DNA of 64,000 nt, taken from assembly GCF_963676685.1 (NCBI RefSeq), contig NC_092352.1:25234001-25298000 (forward strand), in the 5' to 3' direction. Shown here piece after piece: positions 48,314 through 61,596 of this stretch. The notes under the pieces were generated by a model that saw only the letters and a list, made by a program, of their open reading frames with translations, did no database searches and was not told the origin of the DNA. The stretch comes from Mytilus edulis (Eukaryota). Positions within the stretch are counted from its first letter, which is position 1. Each line of letters begins with the position of its first letter. The position numbers were made by a program, and so were the translations under genes.

Positions 48314-49320
48314 AAAGAGAATACAGAGAAAGAAAATCCAATAAATAACAGATTACAAACCAAATAACAGACACAAATATACAATATATATAATCCTTAT
48401 AATGATATACCTTTTTTAAGATGTTAAAGCCGGGGGAAATACACCAAAAAATATTGTAATGTACTATGTGTGTGCATATAGTATTGCAATCTATACAAAT
48501 CAATGCATAAAATTAATTGTTTATGTTAATTATTAGGACAAAACAATAGTTTTGTTCTTTTATCAAAGCTCTTTATTGTATTGTATATATGGCGTATAAC
48601 TGATATATAGACTAGAGTATAGAAATGCAAGTTAAGGTTGTTCCTCTGCCGGTCAGACTTTTTATATTTCGAAGTTTTTATCTCTGTGTTTTTTTCAGGA
48701 TTCTAATCTACCATTACCGTATAAGTTTGTTTTTTTTTTTATCATATTGTTAATTTAATCTAATCTAAATGTAATTCAATTACTTTAAAATTACAAATTC
48801 ACTTGTCATAAAAAAAAAAAGGAATTGAGTGTTATACAAACTAATTAGTGTTTTCAAAGACATATATACGCCTCTGGTGTTTTTTTAGTGACAGGTGTCA
48901 ATTATCAGTCAATCAACTCATTTCTAAAACTTTAATCTCTAAATATCTTTGTTAGGTTTTTCAATGACTATACTTGTATACGAACATAACTGCAATAGCT
49001 GCAAAAAAATAAATCAAACTGACAATATTATTGTAATATATATGTATGCTTATTAAATGGTAGAAGTATCAATTAAAGTTAGATGTAAAAAATATTAGTT
49101 TTACAAAAGTTTGAATTTACACTTAATTAATATTATTTAACTAGACAATGTTTTTTCTTCTTCAAATTAAATATTTTTTGAAAAAAAGTATACAGTAGGT
49201 CCTTATTATTTTTGAAATTTGTAGCAATAGAAAAACTATCCGAAAGAGGTACTGCTAAAGTGCTATGTAATGCATAAATCATCAATTTCACAAGGAAGCT
49301 ATTAAAGTTCCAAGTGTAAG

Positions 49321-51014
49321 AGAGAAACAATGGGAGTATCAACACTCAAAGTTACGGGAGGAACAATAGACAGCAGCAAACATGGCAAAGGAAAGATAGA
49401 AAAACTGCATGTACAATTTCAATCAGTATTTATAATGGAAGACTGAAATCATAACTGAAAATGAAACACCAGAAATACCAAATCTACACATCAGTACAGA
49501 TCTCGAGGTCTTAACCAAACTACTTAAGGGAGTATACCAAAGCATGGCAACTGGTCCAGACAACATATCATACAGAATATTGAAAGAGTGTGCAGAGTCA
49601 ATATCAAAATATTTACAGCTTATCTTCACCAAAACATTAAAAGATCATAGTGTACCACAGGACTGCCTATAGTTGCAAATGTCACTGCACTTTTCAATAA
49701 AGGGAATAAGAGTATCATTGACGTCAGTTCCATGTAAAGTAATGGAACATGTCATATTCAACCACATCATGATGAACCATCTTGACAAGCATAATATACT
49801 TGTGCAATTCCAACGTGGCTTCAGAAGCAAAAGATTGCTTGAGTCGCAACCAGTAATTACAGCAGAGGACATAACTGGCAACCTTGCATCAAATGGTATC
49901 AAGGCCAGGGGAAACATACCTGGTTATAGAAGCATGGTTGACACAAAGAGAACAACAAGTCACACTGGAAGGGGAAAGTTCAAGTACTACTAAAGTAACA
50001 CCCGGCGTACCACAGGAAACAGTTTAAGGACCACTGATGATTTCTCCTATACATAAACGACATAGCAAAACGAAATAACATTAAAGATTCGCCTATTCGA
50101 AGACGATAAATTAACGTACCTAGCGATATCATCAAAGGACGACTGTAAAAAATTACAAGAAGATCTTGACAAAATGGTAAAGTGGACCAAATGATCTCTC
50201 AAAATGTTATGTCATTACAATTACCAAAAAGAGAAAAACATCCATTTCAACCTCAACATCAATTGACATGTTCTTGGCATGATCAGGCGCATCAAACCAA
50301 TACCTTGGAGCTAAACTTACCAACACAATGTCATGCATGGGGAAAAGATGTCAATAACGGAAACAGAGTACTAGGCTTCATACGAAGAAAGGTTGGGTCA
50401 TGTCCAGAGGAAGTCAAGAAACAAGCCTATCTTGCTCTTGTCCGACATCACCTTTAATACGCTTGCAGCTACTCAAGAGAGCCTGGAACAGTTACAACAC
50501 TTTTAGAATTGAACCCGAAACCACTAGAAACCAGAAGAAGAATTATAGCACGTACAACGCTCTTTCATAAAGCCATCCGTGAAAAGGTTATTGTACCTAT
50601 GCCATCCCATTTTAAAACCAAGAAGAACTTCGAGATATTAAAAGATACGTACAAATCAGATCAAATAGATCGATATTTACATGTACAGCTTTCTTCCCTG
50701 GGCCACCAGAGACTGGAATAAACTACAAGTCTAACTTTACTAGAGATTGAGAGCATGCAGTGGGGAATTATAGTCCAAACTCACCAAGCTTCTCTGTAAT
50801 GGCTAACCAACACCAACAAAAGATAGATGATATTTATAACCAGCACCTGTACATAATTTTGAGCACAATTTGGAACTATTGTATATTAAATATCATATAC
50901 AATTTTTTCGTCATGTAGGAAGACGTCAAACTTAACTTGATACTTGTGTGATGGGTCGAAGAGCCTTTTTCGAGTGACGACAGAGCTGCAAGATGTAGAT
51001 GTATAGATGTAGAT
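49321..51014 (+). mobile_element. Decayed CR1/L2-group LINE (RT region to 3' tail)
   Basis: Frameshifted remnants GPDNISYRILKECA, SLTSVPCKVMEHVI, QRGFRSKR, GVPQ, RLFEDD, LQEDLDKM and NRVLGFIRR..KKQAYLALVR. Ends in an (AGATGT)n-like tail at 50991-51014. Confidence 0.85.
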
Positions 51015-51027
51015 AAACAGATAACTG

Positions 51028-51170
51028 GTTGAAATAATTCTTACGTTTTACGGATGACATCATGAGTTGGTTAACCGTCATGGAATATATCCGTTTCACA
51101 TATGATAGTGGATATATGTTAATTCTAAATGGTGTTACTACAATCCCGTCCCCTTTTCGCCGAGTGTGAC
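51028..51170 (+). mobile_element. Penelope-like fragment (right half of a copy split by the LINE)
   Basis: Matches 9650-9787. The left half is at about 49240-49320. Confidence 0.7.
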
Positions 51171-51927
51171 AATATAATCCAACAATCATAGTTCTTGGGA
51201 TTATATATATTCATTTGTTGTCACGGGTTGATACGAATGTGATGTTGAAAAAGCCACAGTTTCTCTTATAGTTGTGGTCAGCCTGTTAACTATTCATTGC
51301 AAACAGCGATATATTTCATTTCACACACCTATAATAAGGTGTGAATTGAGAATAATGGGTAAAAAGTGCAGAATAAAGGCCAAACAAATAAAAAGATTAA
51401 AGAGAAAATCGCCCAAAAAAAACAACAGAAAAGAGAATAATAGAGTGCTAAAATATAAAGAATAGTGAATATTGGAGTGCTAAAATTTAAAGAACACCGA
51501 GAGAATAAGGGACAAACCATATAATATAAAGAATAGAGAAAAGGGCCATAACGAATTTTAAAGAATACAGAATTGAATGAACCCCACCTTCCTTTAAGTG
51601 TGATACGAAAAATGCAATTTATTTAGTTGATTACTCTAGCACCTTATTTATATGTTACGAATGTGAATGCATTTTGTAACTTATGTTGTCATTGTGTTCC
51701 GTTGGGGACTTAAAACTAAAAATCAGAGGTTTCTAGTTGTGTAAATTACCACCATATGATGTGAATACAACCATTCACATCACCACTTATCATACATCAT
51801 ACTTATTATTATATTATATTGAACTGTATTGTATTGTCTGAATCATGTATAAAATTTTATCTTACCTCCTATTCATTTCAAGGAAGATGATTGATTAAAA
51901 GCGTCCGCGTGGAGACCGTGTATATTT

Positions 51928-52063
51928 CATATTAGGTTAATAGGGAGGCGGGGCTTTTTTCATACACAGTTAGTAGTAGTGTTACGTCCCTTTATATTCC
52001 ATATTAGGTAAGAAGGGAGGCGGGGCTTATTTCATACACGGTCAGTAGTGGTGTTACGTCCCT
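51928..52063. repeat. Direct duplication of about 64-72 bp
   Basis: catattaggt.a..agggaggcggggctt.tttcatacac.gt.agtagt.gtgttacgtccctt occurs twice. Confidence 0.85.
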
Positions 52064-52228
52064 TGTTGGAAATAAATTCATAAAACACATTTAAACCTAA
52101 GTTGTTATTGTTGGTGTCTGTTTTTGTAGGATTAATGGAAGTAGTTTCTTAATGGTAACAGTACTGAAGACTTGCTCATTTTGATAGGTCTAAATTTCAC
52201 ACGTTAAAATCGTTGGTAAGATAAATTC

Positions 52229-52402
52229 GTTACATAGTGTGCTAGTAATCTAATACGGTATATAAGGGGTCAGTAAATTTCATATGGGGTGAGAGCGAAG
52301 TCATATATACCGTATTATGTCACTAGCACACTTCGCTCTCACCCCAAATGGGATTTACTGACCCCATATATACCGTATTAGGTCACTAGCACACTATGTA
52401 AC
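52229..52402. repeat. Palindromic element with ~73-bp inverted arms
   Basis: gttacatagtgtgctagt..taatacggtatata.ggggtcagtaaat..ggggtgagagcgaagt and its reverse complement. Confidence 0.85.
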
Positions 52403-52884
52403 TAATAATATTTAATCAACGAGAAAAGAGTACATATTGTAAAAATAAGAAATGAGTATAATTGCCAATTAGAGAACTACTTATGAGTTTGCTTAGCTTG
52501 TGTCTCACCCCTTTGCATACATAAGCAAATAAAATAAATATGACTGTTCAAACTTAGTCTGCATTAATGATATTCTGTACTTCAATAAATCTGTTGTTAA
52601 AGGTGTACTTGATGATACATTAGTCTTGGAAACCACGATCTATTTATAAGTTTGTATTGGCTTTGAACTAGCTTAGTTAACGAAACTGTAAGTACATTTA
52701 ATGTTAGTTGGTTAATTTTGTGTACCAAGTAGTATGTGTTGCTCATTGTTGAAGATAGGACGATTACCTTTTATTATTGTTTTTATCATTAGCCTTTGGT
52801 ATTTGGTGGATAGTTGCCTAATTGTCAATCATACCATACCTCCTGATCAAAGCTATTTTTTAGATCGATTTTTCGTGTTGGAAA

Positions 52885-53620
52885 CACTTTTCTACAATCC
52901 CGTCCCCTTTTCCCCGAGTGTGACATACCGAATAGACTTATATATACCACATCAGTGCTATTTCAGCAATACCAAAAACGAGAGCACCATTCGTGATTTA
53001 ATACATAGGTTGTTTACGGTTTAGTTTGATTCATATCTTGACATGCATCTAGATTTTGACAATGCACGATGGTTGTTTGAGAACAGAACTTTTCGATAAA
53101 ATAGATGATTTCAGCTTCCCAATTGTGAACTTTCCATTTTTATGTAACAATATTCCCGCATGCACTATGCCTGCATTCGGAGTATATATCTCATGCCATG
53201 TTGATAAGTGGTGAAGTTGAAATCATCCTCCTATCAAAAGTAGTATGTCCTCCATCACGAGTTGGTTGACCTTTATTGAATATATGTTTCATGTTCTAAT
53301 TGTCGTAACCACTATTCCGTCCTTTTTTCTCGATTGTGACCTACCAAATTATACTTATCATCAGATTTGTACTTATGTGGGCAACACGACGGATGGCACA
53401 TATGAAGCAGGAACTGCCTACCCTTCTGTAGAACTTGAGATCACACCCGTTTTTTATGGGGTTTGTGTTTCCCATTCTTAAGTTTTGGATATTTTTTTTT
53501 TTTTTTTGTATTGTTGGTCTTTTGTCCGTTTTTCGTATTATGCCATGGCCATGTCATTGCCAGTTTGTTTTCGACTGATGCGTTTGAATGTCCGTTTTTG
53601 ATATATTTCGTTTCTCTTAG
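52885..53620 (+). mobile_element. Degenerate Penelope-like element fragments
   Basis: 53030-53620 is colinear with 9390-10050 (catatcttgac.t.catctaga..ttgacaatg, gatgatttcag.tt.ccaattgtgaactttccattt, gcaacacgacgg.tg). There is an extra 3' UTR piece at 52885-52940. Confidence 0.8.
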
Positions 53621-55730
53621 TATATTGATAAAATCTTTCCCATTTTTTGACAGTCGTTTTTATTTATAATATATAATGATAACATTGTTTCTTGTGAAAT
53701 GTTTCTCCCCTACTCTTGAACTTGAATGTCGTATAGATAGAACTGAAATATTAACAAACATAAACATTTTTAAACCATGAAGAGTTTCTTATATCTTTTA
53801 ACAACAAGGTCTTAATGCGTGATTTCCTATTGATTTCCTAACTGGTTCGTTCTTCCGATGGCCTGACAATTTTGAATACTTATTACGTACCTTTTCCAAA
53901 AATGCCAACAGAAACTAAACATTATGAGAGGACATTAAATCCTGTAAGTAGTATTGTTTTTTGAGAATTGTTTTCTTGATCGGCACTATTTAACAAACAG
54001 ATATGGCTAACTTATCATTTTGCTGTAATAGCAATATATCACTGTGGTCGTGACTTTTGAATGCATCGTCTTCTTTCAGCTTAGTTATGAACGTTCGTTT
54101 TTTTATTGCATTTAAGACCTTTAAGAAATATGTTCTAAATAGGCAACGGCGGAGGTTTGTGCTTACTTAAAACAAGTTTAACCTCACAGTATTTGACTGT
54201 TGTTTTTAAATCTATAAATAGAAGCTAGATTAAAAGTATAACTCGACTAAAATTGCAACATGACAAGATGTAGATCTATTCTAAAAATTGGGGGGAAAAT
54301 CGAACTGGTGGTATTGGAGTTATTGCTTTGGAACTGTCTGGGTTTTCCCCTCCATTTTTTTCTAAAATTTTGTTTTGAGTTGTTTCATCTGAAATGTTAA
54401 CTATACTCATTTCAATACTTTCTTTTCTCTCTTTAAACCGGTCATATGAGCCAGTGTAACTATTTATAAAATCTTCTTTTATTTAGTTCTGTACGAAACT
54501 AAAATAATACTCCATCCGATTGAAAATAAAAGGTTTTTATATGAAATATTCTATACATGATGTATAAAGTGATAATCTATAACGCGTGTTTTTTTTTTTA
54601 TTAGTTGGGCATTGAAAAAGTCAAAAATACATACGTCAAAATCACGTTAGGTTTTGTATACTGATGTTAGTCTTTTTGGTAGTTTTTCTTTTTTTCATCA
54701 CTTCACTGTCAATTTGTGTTCGATTTAAGAGTTTGAATATTTCTTTGTTATCTTTCTTCTCTCTTTTGAAGCGTGAGATAAAAAGTCGAAGAAAACATCT
54801 CCAAAACACAGATCCATGCTCTGACTCAGAATGGGTTATCTTTGTGCGCTGGCAAAATTTATCGCTCAAGTTTTTCAAAACTGTCCATTGAATACTTTAT
54901 CCGCGTCCCTATAAACTGTAAGAGCACTCACCGAAAAGTGCACCTAAAAAAACCAAACATGCATCAAATGGTAGCGGTGTGATGATACAAGTTCCAAACA
55001 GCAAAATTAAAACCTTATATTTATATGTCAAGTCATACTAAACGATCATCCGATCGAATGCAGCATCTATAAAACTAACCTGTAGTTATTTCGCACAGAA
55101 AAGTATTGAGACACGATAAAAAAGCAAACTGCTATTTGTCAAAAGAGTGATATTACTTTTTTTTTTACCGAAATCCCAGTAGAACCCAATAAAGCATCAA
55201 CACGAAACACCCATCAATCTAGGAGACACCGACAGAAGCAAACAAACCATTCTACGAAAAATGGTAAATCAAAACTCGACTTGAATAGTAAATAGAACTC
55301 CACAACAGGATTATAAAAACATTCATATACAAATTAAATGTGGAATGAATACCAATATTAAGACGACTATCTTCCAGAGACCATATAAGAAGTTGATGTA
55401 AGCAACTGTATGTTACCGTGTGGCATTCATTCAAGCTAAACTCATACCGCATAGTACATGTAGGCTTTAAAATGTTCTGAACTGATCAATTGCATTTTTA
55501 ACATTTGAAAAGAGATGGAACACCATAGGCCTGAGTGGCAGCGACCATTAATACAATGACAACTTCTGAATTACAGGATCCTGACTTTGTCCACCTATAT
55601 ATTATGACGGTGGTTTAGACATGGAAAAATGGTATACCAGCACAACATAAGAAAACATAATAAGCAGTTAAAAAAAGGTTGACTCATCATATTTACACAA
55701 AGCACAAAAATAACTAACCTTATATTCCAA

Positions 55731-56067
55731 TAATTACATTAGATGTATGTTTCATTATAATATTTTATTCTGATTGGCTAACTGCACATCACGTGTTATT
55801 CCGTAAGCAGTTGCATTGCTCAATACAACTTTTCATTCATGATAACACGTGCTCCAACAATAAAGTGCACAGGTGAATTAAATAATAAAATATATAAAAT
55901 TCGTGTTTTCATGATCATAGCTAAAAAATGTAATTATAAGTTGTAAAAGCGTTGACCGTGCGTACATTTTTAGAATGAAGCGTTTCCGCGCTTCATATAC
56001 AAAATGTACTTCGGTCAACGCTTTCACGCCCCAATAAATTTACAAAAAGAAGCATTCAATTCTTAAA
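55731..56067. repeat. Non-autonomous repeat with an ~80-nt near-terminal hairpin (possibly Crypton-like)
   Basis: Hairpin aaagcgttgaccg..gtacatttt..atgaagcg / cgcttcat..aaaatgtac..cggtcaacgcttt at 55946-56024, and a ctgattggct motif near the other end. The superfamily call is tentative. Confidence 0.5.
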
Positions 56068-56220
56068 ATAATTCCACTAATATATATATTTATCAATTTA
56101 CTATGTACCGGATCGTCTAAAATAGGCGATACTATGCAGATAAGGAAAATATTATATCAGTCTAAAGATTTGCACAACGGTACTGATATAAGATGTTACG
56201 AAAATGTTGTTATTAAATCG

Positions 56221-56269
56221 TGTTGACAAATATTTCGGCTCAACAAATGGCCTTCTTCAAGTGTCACAA
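56221..56269 (-). ncRNA. Candidate minimal type I hammerhead ribozyme (PLE-type variant core)
   Basis: Minus strand: tgtgaca-CTTGAAGA-a-ggc catttgttga gcc-GAAATATT-tgtcaaca. Confidence 0.5.
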
Positions 56270-56295
56270 GTTTTAACTATATATATATATATATC

Positions 56296-57410
56296 ATTTT
56301 ATTAATTTTGAGCCTTTTGATATTGGTACAGATGATATGCTCCAATAGTTTACATGATATTGCAATAAGCGAGACAGGTCGATAATTTGATGCTTGGCTA
56401 CGATCCCCTTTTTTAAATATCGGTACTACATTTGCATTTTTCCAATCAGTTGGTAATGTGCCTTGGTCGACCGAGGCTTGAAAAAAGGTGGTAAGTATTG
56501 TTGATATTTCAGTAGCTATTGATTTTAATAATCTTGTAGAGATTTCATCTTGCCCTGATACTTTATGTTTGTTAAGATTTGACAATACTTTGCAAAATGT
56601 TGTGTATTCCGTTTCCCCCAATAGTGATGTTTTCCATGTGTGGGTACGGTTTCATTTTCATTTTCTTTATGGTATTCTTGTTCTCATTGCTGTTAAATAC
56701 TCAAGAGAACTGATTGTTGAGTATATTTTCCTTCAATTTTGTTATCCAAGTATGTGAAGCCGTCTGTGTTTCTAAGTGGTGCCACTCCTCCATCTTCTCA
56801 TCTTTTATTCTCTATGAAGCTCCAAAACTTCTTAGGATTGTATTTCTGTCCTGAGCTTGTGATGTCGTGGATGTATGTAGAATAAGCTTTCTTACATTCT
56901 TTTTGTGCGCTCTTTTTTGAACAGTTTTGTATCGTTTGAGCTTCAGTTTTAAAAGCTTTCATTTCCTTCGTATGATACGTTTTATTGTACCATTTATCCA
57001 AGGATGGTGGAATCTTGTTGATGACATTTTGGATGGTACGTTTTTATCCTGGATATTCTTGAGTCCTGATTTTATGAAGTCCCACTTCTCTGATATTAAA
57101 CTCTGTGTGTTGTAAAAGCCATGGAATATTTTGGATAGTTAATGTGCTTCTGATTTTATCTTTTCTATATCTGCTCTCTTCCAGATGTAAATTATTCTTT
57201 GTGTTGGTTTGGGGTGCATTACTATGGCATTACTATCAATATAGACGATGTCATGGCCACCTATTCCAGGAATAGGCTCACATCTATTATATAAGGATGA
57301 TCTGTTTGTGAGGAAAATGTCGAGTGTTGCTGTTCCTCTTGTGGGGAATGTTACCACTTGATATAGGCTGCAGTTATTTACCATATCAACAAACCTATTA
57401 TAGATTTTTG
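56296..57410 (-). mobile_element. Decayed CR1-group LINE fragment (endonuclease C-terminus to start of RT)
   Basis: QVVTFPTRGTATLDIFLTN..GIGGHDIV, NPKKFWSFI and GQDEISTRLLK..DWKNANVVPIFKKGDRSQASNYRPVSL..CKLLEHII across three frames. Truncated at a (TA)n run. Confidence 0.88.
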
Positions 57411-57959
57411 TGTAGAATATTGGTTGCCACTTACTGGTGACGATTTGAATACTACACGAGAAGGCAAAATATATCTGGCGAGGGGACAATCTAAAACCAT
57501 AAGCAGTCGAAGAAAACAGATAATCATCGGCGTGGGGTAAATACGACCAAAACATTAACAAGTCTACAAAAACCTCAATTGAAAATGTAAGACTGAGCAA
57601 CACGAACCTTTATCTATTCTGGGTGGCCAGAACCAGGTCACAACGGTTTTTGAAGTGTGGATATATCCCGCACCGTGACTAGTGGCACCCCGCGTCATGT
57701 TGGAGCAGTTGAAAGTGCATTTCAGTTGTGTTTCATATTTCCACTATCAAATTTTAAAAGATAAATCCCCATACTCAAGAATCAATATATATAAAATATA
57801 TAGCTCTACCACATCAATACGATGAAACAATGGTTGGTAAAAAGTACTTATGGTGGCTGTCCAAAAGGTAAACTTTTATTTCGGAAACTCATCTTTTCTC
57901 CGATTTTGTTCGCATTTTAAACGCGCCTTTTTTATTGATGTAAGCGGTCTCACAGCAGA

Positions 57960-58038
57960 CGGCTCACTTCCGCATTTGAATGGAGGCCACAAAAATATGG
58001 AAATCATTCATCGAAATAAATTACAAGTCTTCAGTAAG
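57960..58038 (+). other. Probable first exon of a plus-strand gene that continues beyond the window
   Basis: CpG-rich patch, ETS-like ACTTCCG at 57966, ATGs at 57980 and 57997, strong donor AAG|gtaagc at 58038/58039, followed by CpG-poor intron-like sequence. Confidence 0.45.
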
Positions 58039-61000
58039 GTAAGCCCAACCTAGGTCAAGCATAATAATCAGCTTTGGAGGATTCAAATAGATATTAAAAA
58101 TATGTTTTAAGAAGATAAGAAAGTCGACTATGATGTTGTTTTTAATGAGAAGACATAGACTTATTTTGCATCTTTAATTAGACAGAAAATTAGTTATTTG
58201 AAATGACTTTCAAGAATATTCCTGGATTTAAAGGATATATTTTATCACCATAATATCTTTGAAGTTATTTTTTTTCACGTACATTGCATGACAATGTGGT
58301 TAAATTTCCGGCCGAAATTTCCTTTCTATTGACAAGTTCAAGTTGCTGTTTCAATAAGACAATATTGTGTATCTTCATAACCTGTGGAAATATTTATCAA
58401 AACGCACAAAAATTTGGGCTAATAAGATAAGGCCCAGTTTCAACCACATGATTTAATCAACTTGGGGAGAACCTTATAAATGGGTGTTATGATCCCTGTT
58501 TATGGTTATAAGTGATTACTGTCAAAGATAATGGCCTCCAAATACCCTACTTTCATTTTGACTTTTTGAAGGTTATACACCTGACACTGGCTATATTAAG
58601 TTCAAAAGGTTACAATAAGAAACAGCTATTGTTTCTTCCAAGACTAATCTTGATAATTGCCAAAATGTATTTCCAGACAGGGACCCCCATACAGAAATTG
58701 CAAGTTACAAAAAAAATATTTTTATCATGTTTATTTTTCAATTGTGCATTTACAAATGTACTTGCAAAATTTTACATTTGCAAATCGTGTCATTTGTGTG
58801 TGTGATATCAGGATAATTTGTTCTGTCTATGTGCCATTGCTCCTTATACATTGTTTAACATATTTGAACATTGTTTTATTGAACATAGTTTTGACACTGT
58901 CACACATATCCAGAAACCTTTTGTATTTATTTGGTGGCACTTCCTTAATATCCAGTATGTAGCCTTATGAAGTTATGTCTCATTTTAAGTTCAAAAGGAC
59001 ACCTGTCAAAAACTGTAAAGTCCTATATATATATATGCACATCTATACTGCACACAAGACTGCTATTCTGCTATATCCTTCTTCAGTAATACCTTGTTTT
59101 CTTTTTTTGAAACTGAAACAATGTATAATCATGTGAACTGTAAAGAAAATGCAAATATTGTCAAAAGACACAACACTCTTAATAATGCCAATAATCAGAT
59201 TTCAATCACAGAGAATTTAAAAGAGCATATATGTACAGTCTGAATCTTTTTTCTCCTACATTCAGTGATGTACAGTTTGTACTGCATTTGTATATAAGTG
59301 TAAAAGAAGCATTTAAGAGAGTATAACAGCTTCACAACAAAAGTGGATTACTCCCATACTCTACAGACTAAGTTAGGGTTATAGTTCAACTTCATCATTG
59401 ATACCAAATACATAATTCATTAAAGAAGTTTGAATTATAATATTATAAAAGGTTCAGGTGACAATGTTTGATGATTTTGGTACCTTTGAACAAGTCTTGC
59501 ATATATATATATACATATATACATATATTTATTTTATACTTTTACATGTGTATTGTTGTCCCAGCTTTAATAAAAGAAAAAAATGCTGAAAATCATGATT
59601 GCTTGGTACATTATACATATATAAAGATCTATTATCTATACATGCTATACATAATACATGCTCAAAAGTGTGTTTAGATAATGAACAGAGTACTGCTTTC
59701 AGCATGAACTATTCATGACTATTCTTTACTTAAGCCTACATTTATATATCTCCTTTATGAAAGACATCTGTCTGGATGAATCTGCAAACTTAAGAGCACA
59801 ACCCTTCCCCTCAACCCATGCGTGGCAGCAAGTATATTACACATGTTAAAGGTCAATTCTGAATGTGTGTCTACATTTTATTTTTTTCCTTGTTTTTTAT
59901 TGGCAAATGCAATGGTCATGTTGCGATATCACAACATGTTTTATTGTATAAAAATTGATGAAAGCTTTGTACCACATGCCACAATCAATACATAAATGAT
60001 AAGTACAATATATCTACATGATCTATTCAAATTAAATAAATGATATTGATTATTTAAATGATTATTCTATTTAGATACAAATAATTTTTATATACAAATA
60101 TAAGAATTGAATGCTTTTAAGCAATAAGTAAATTGATGTAGGGCATTTTTAAGCAAGAAGCAGGGTACTTTGAGGTGAAGTGTGCGGTGAGTGAGAGTGA
60201 GGGGGACATCATACTGCTCCAGGTTTACAGCATAAATACAATGATGATACCTTGAAGCTCAAATTTATATTTTGTTGCTGAGTAAATTTATTGACTTGAC
60301 AGGGGTGGGTTGATTATACTTTGAAGTGAGTACTCCATTCCAAAAAAGTTGTGAGCAGAATATATAAGTAGCTTAATAACATGACTAACATTGAAAAGAA
60401 AAAACACAACATGGCTATGATATCACCTGGGTAACTGTTTGTAAGGAAAAGACTTGATATGTTACCTGATACAAGTGTTTACATGGTTTGAAATTTAAAT
60501 GATTTTAAATGTGTGAACTGAAAATATCATATTTAAATCATTATTCATATTGATAGAATATGTTTAATTGTAAATTGCCCATATATATGATGTCACATTT
60601 TATTGGTTCTAGAATTTCCTTTGCAACTTTTGAACATGTATGACTTTTAGCTTTCCATATCATCTTATATTTACAATTATATGCTGGTTCTATGGCAGAT
60701 TTAGAATTTAAGATGTCTTTGTCTATTTTTATGCTTACATGTTACAATATGTGTATAAATTGCCCTTTAGAGGGTTATTATCAAATTAATGCTACCAATA
60801 AAGATATAATGATCATTAATAATCACATGTTTACATGAGAGTATTTTGGCTGGACCTTTATTGTTTTTATAGAATTATTTTATTGTCAAGTTATAGCACT
60901 ATATGGGGTTTTCATTAACGAGCCAAGGACCTCCACACCTGTTCAGTTTTACCTGATATGATTAATGATCATTGTTTTGATATTTATTACAGAAGTATAA

Positions 61001-61596
61001 GACCATTGCAAGTGTAATTAATGCTAGAATAAATTGATCTTTTCTGATTATTTATTTGTTTTATAACATAGTATGTTAAAGGATCATTATGATATTAAGT
61101 GCTTTTCAAATATAAAATATCGGCCAATTTATCATTAATGAGTGGATTAAGTATTAAAATATATATCTGAGTGAAAATTTAATAAGTGTATTTCAAAATG
61201 TTTAGGTTGAACAATCTAAAGTATTTTTTTTATATTTCAAGATATTTGACCTTTTATCATGTTTATTGATTCGAGAATGTCAATATAAAATAATAGTTAT
61301 TTTGAAGTAGACTTTCTGTATACCTTAAGCAAATGCTGAGTCTGAGATCATTTGATAGTGTTATTTCACAACTGAGAAAACAGAACTGTCAGGGTGCAAC
61401 CCCTCTTTAGCTTCTGTATTTAGGAATAATTTGATATTTAGCTGGAACCTTATGATGTTCAGTTGCAACTTGTACCTTATGTTAGTTATTTTCATATCTG
61501 CTAGGCAATTGCTTCCTCTTTAACAGCACTTTAACATCTAATGACGACTTGGGGGTATACTTAGATAGGTTGTACTACACTGCATCTTCTTTTCCT

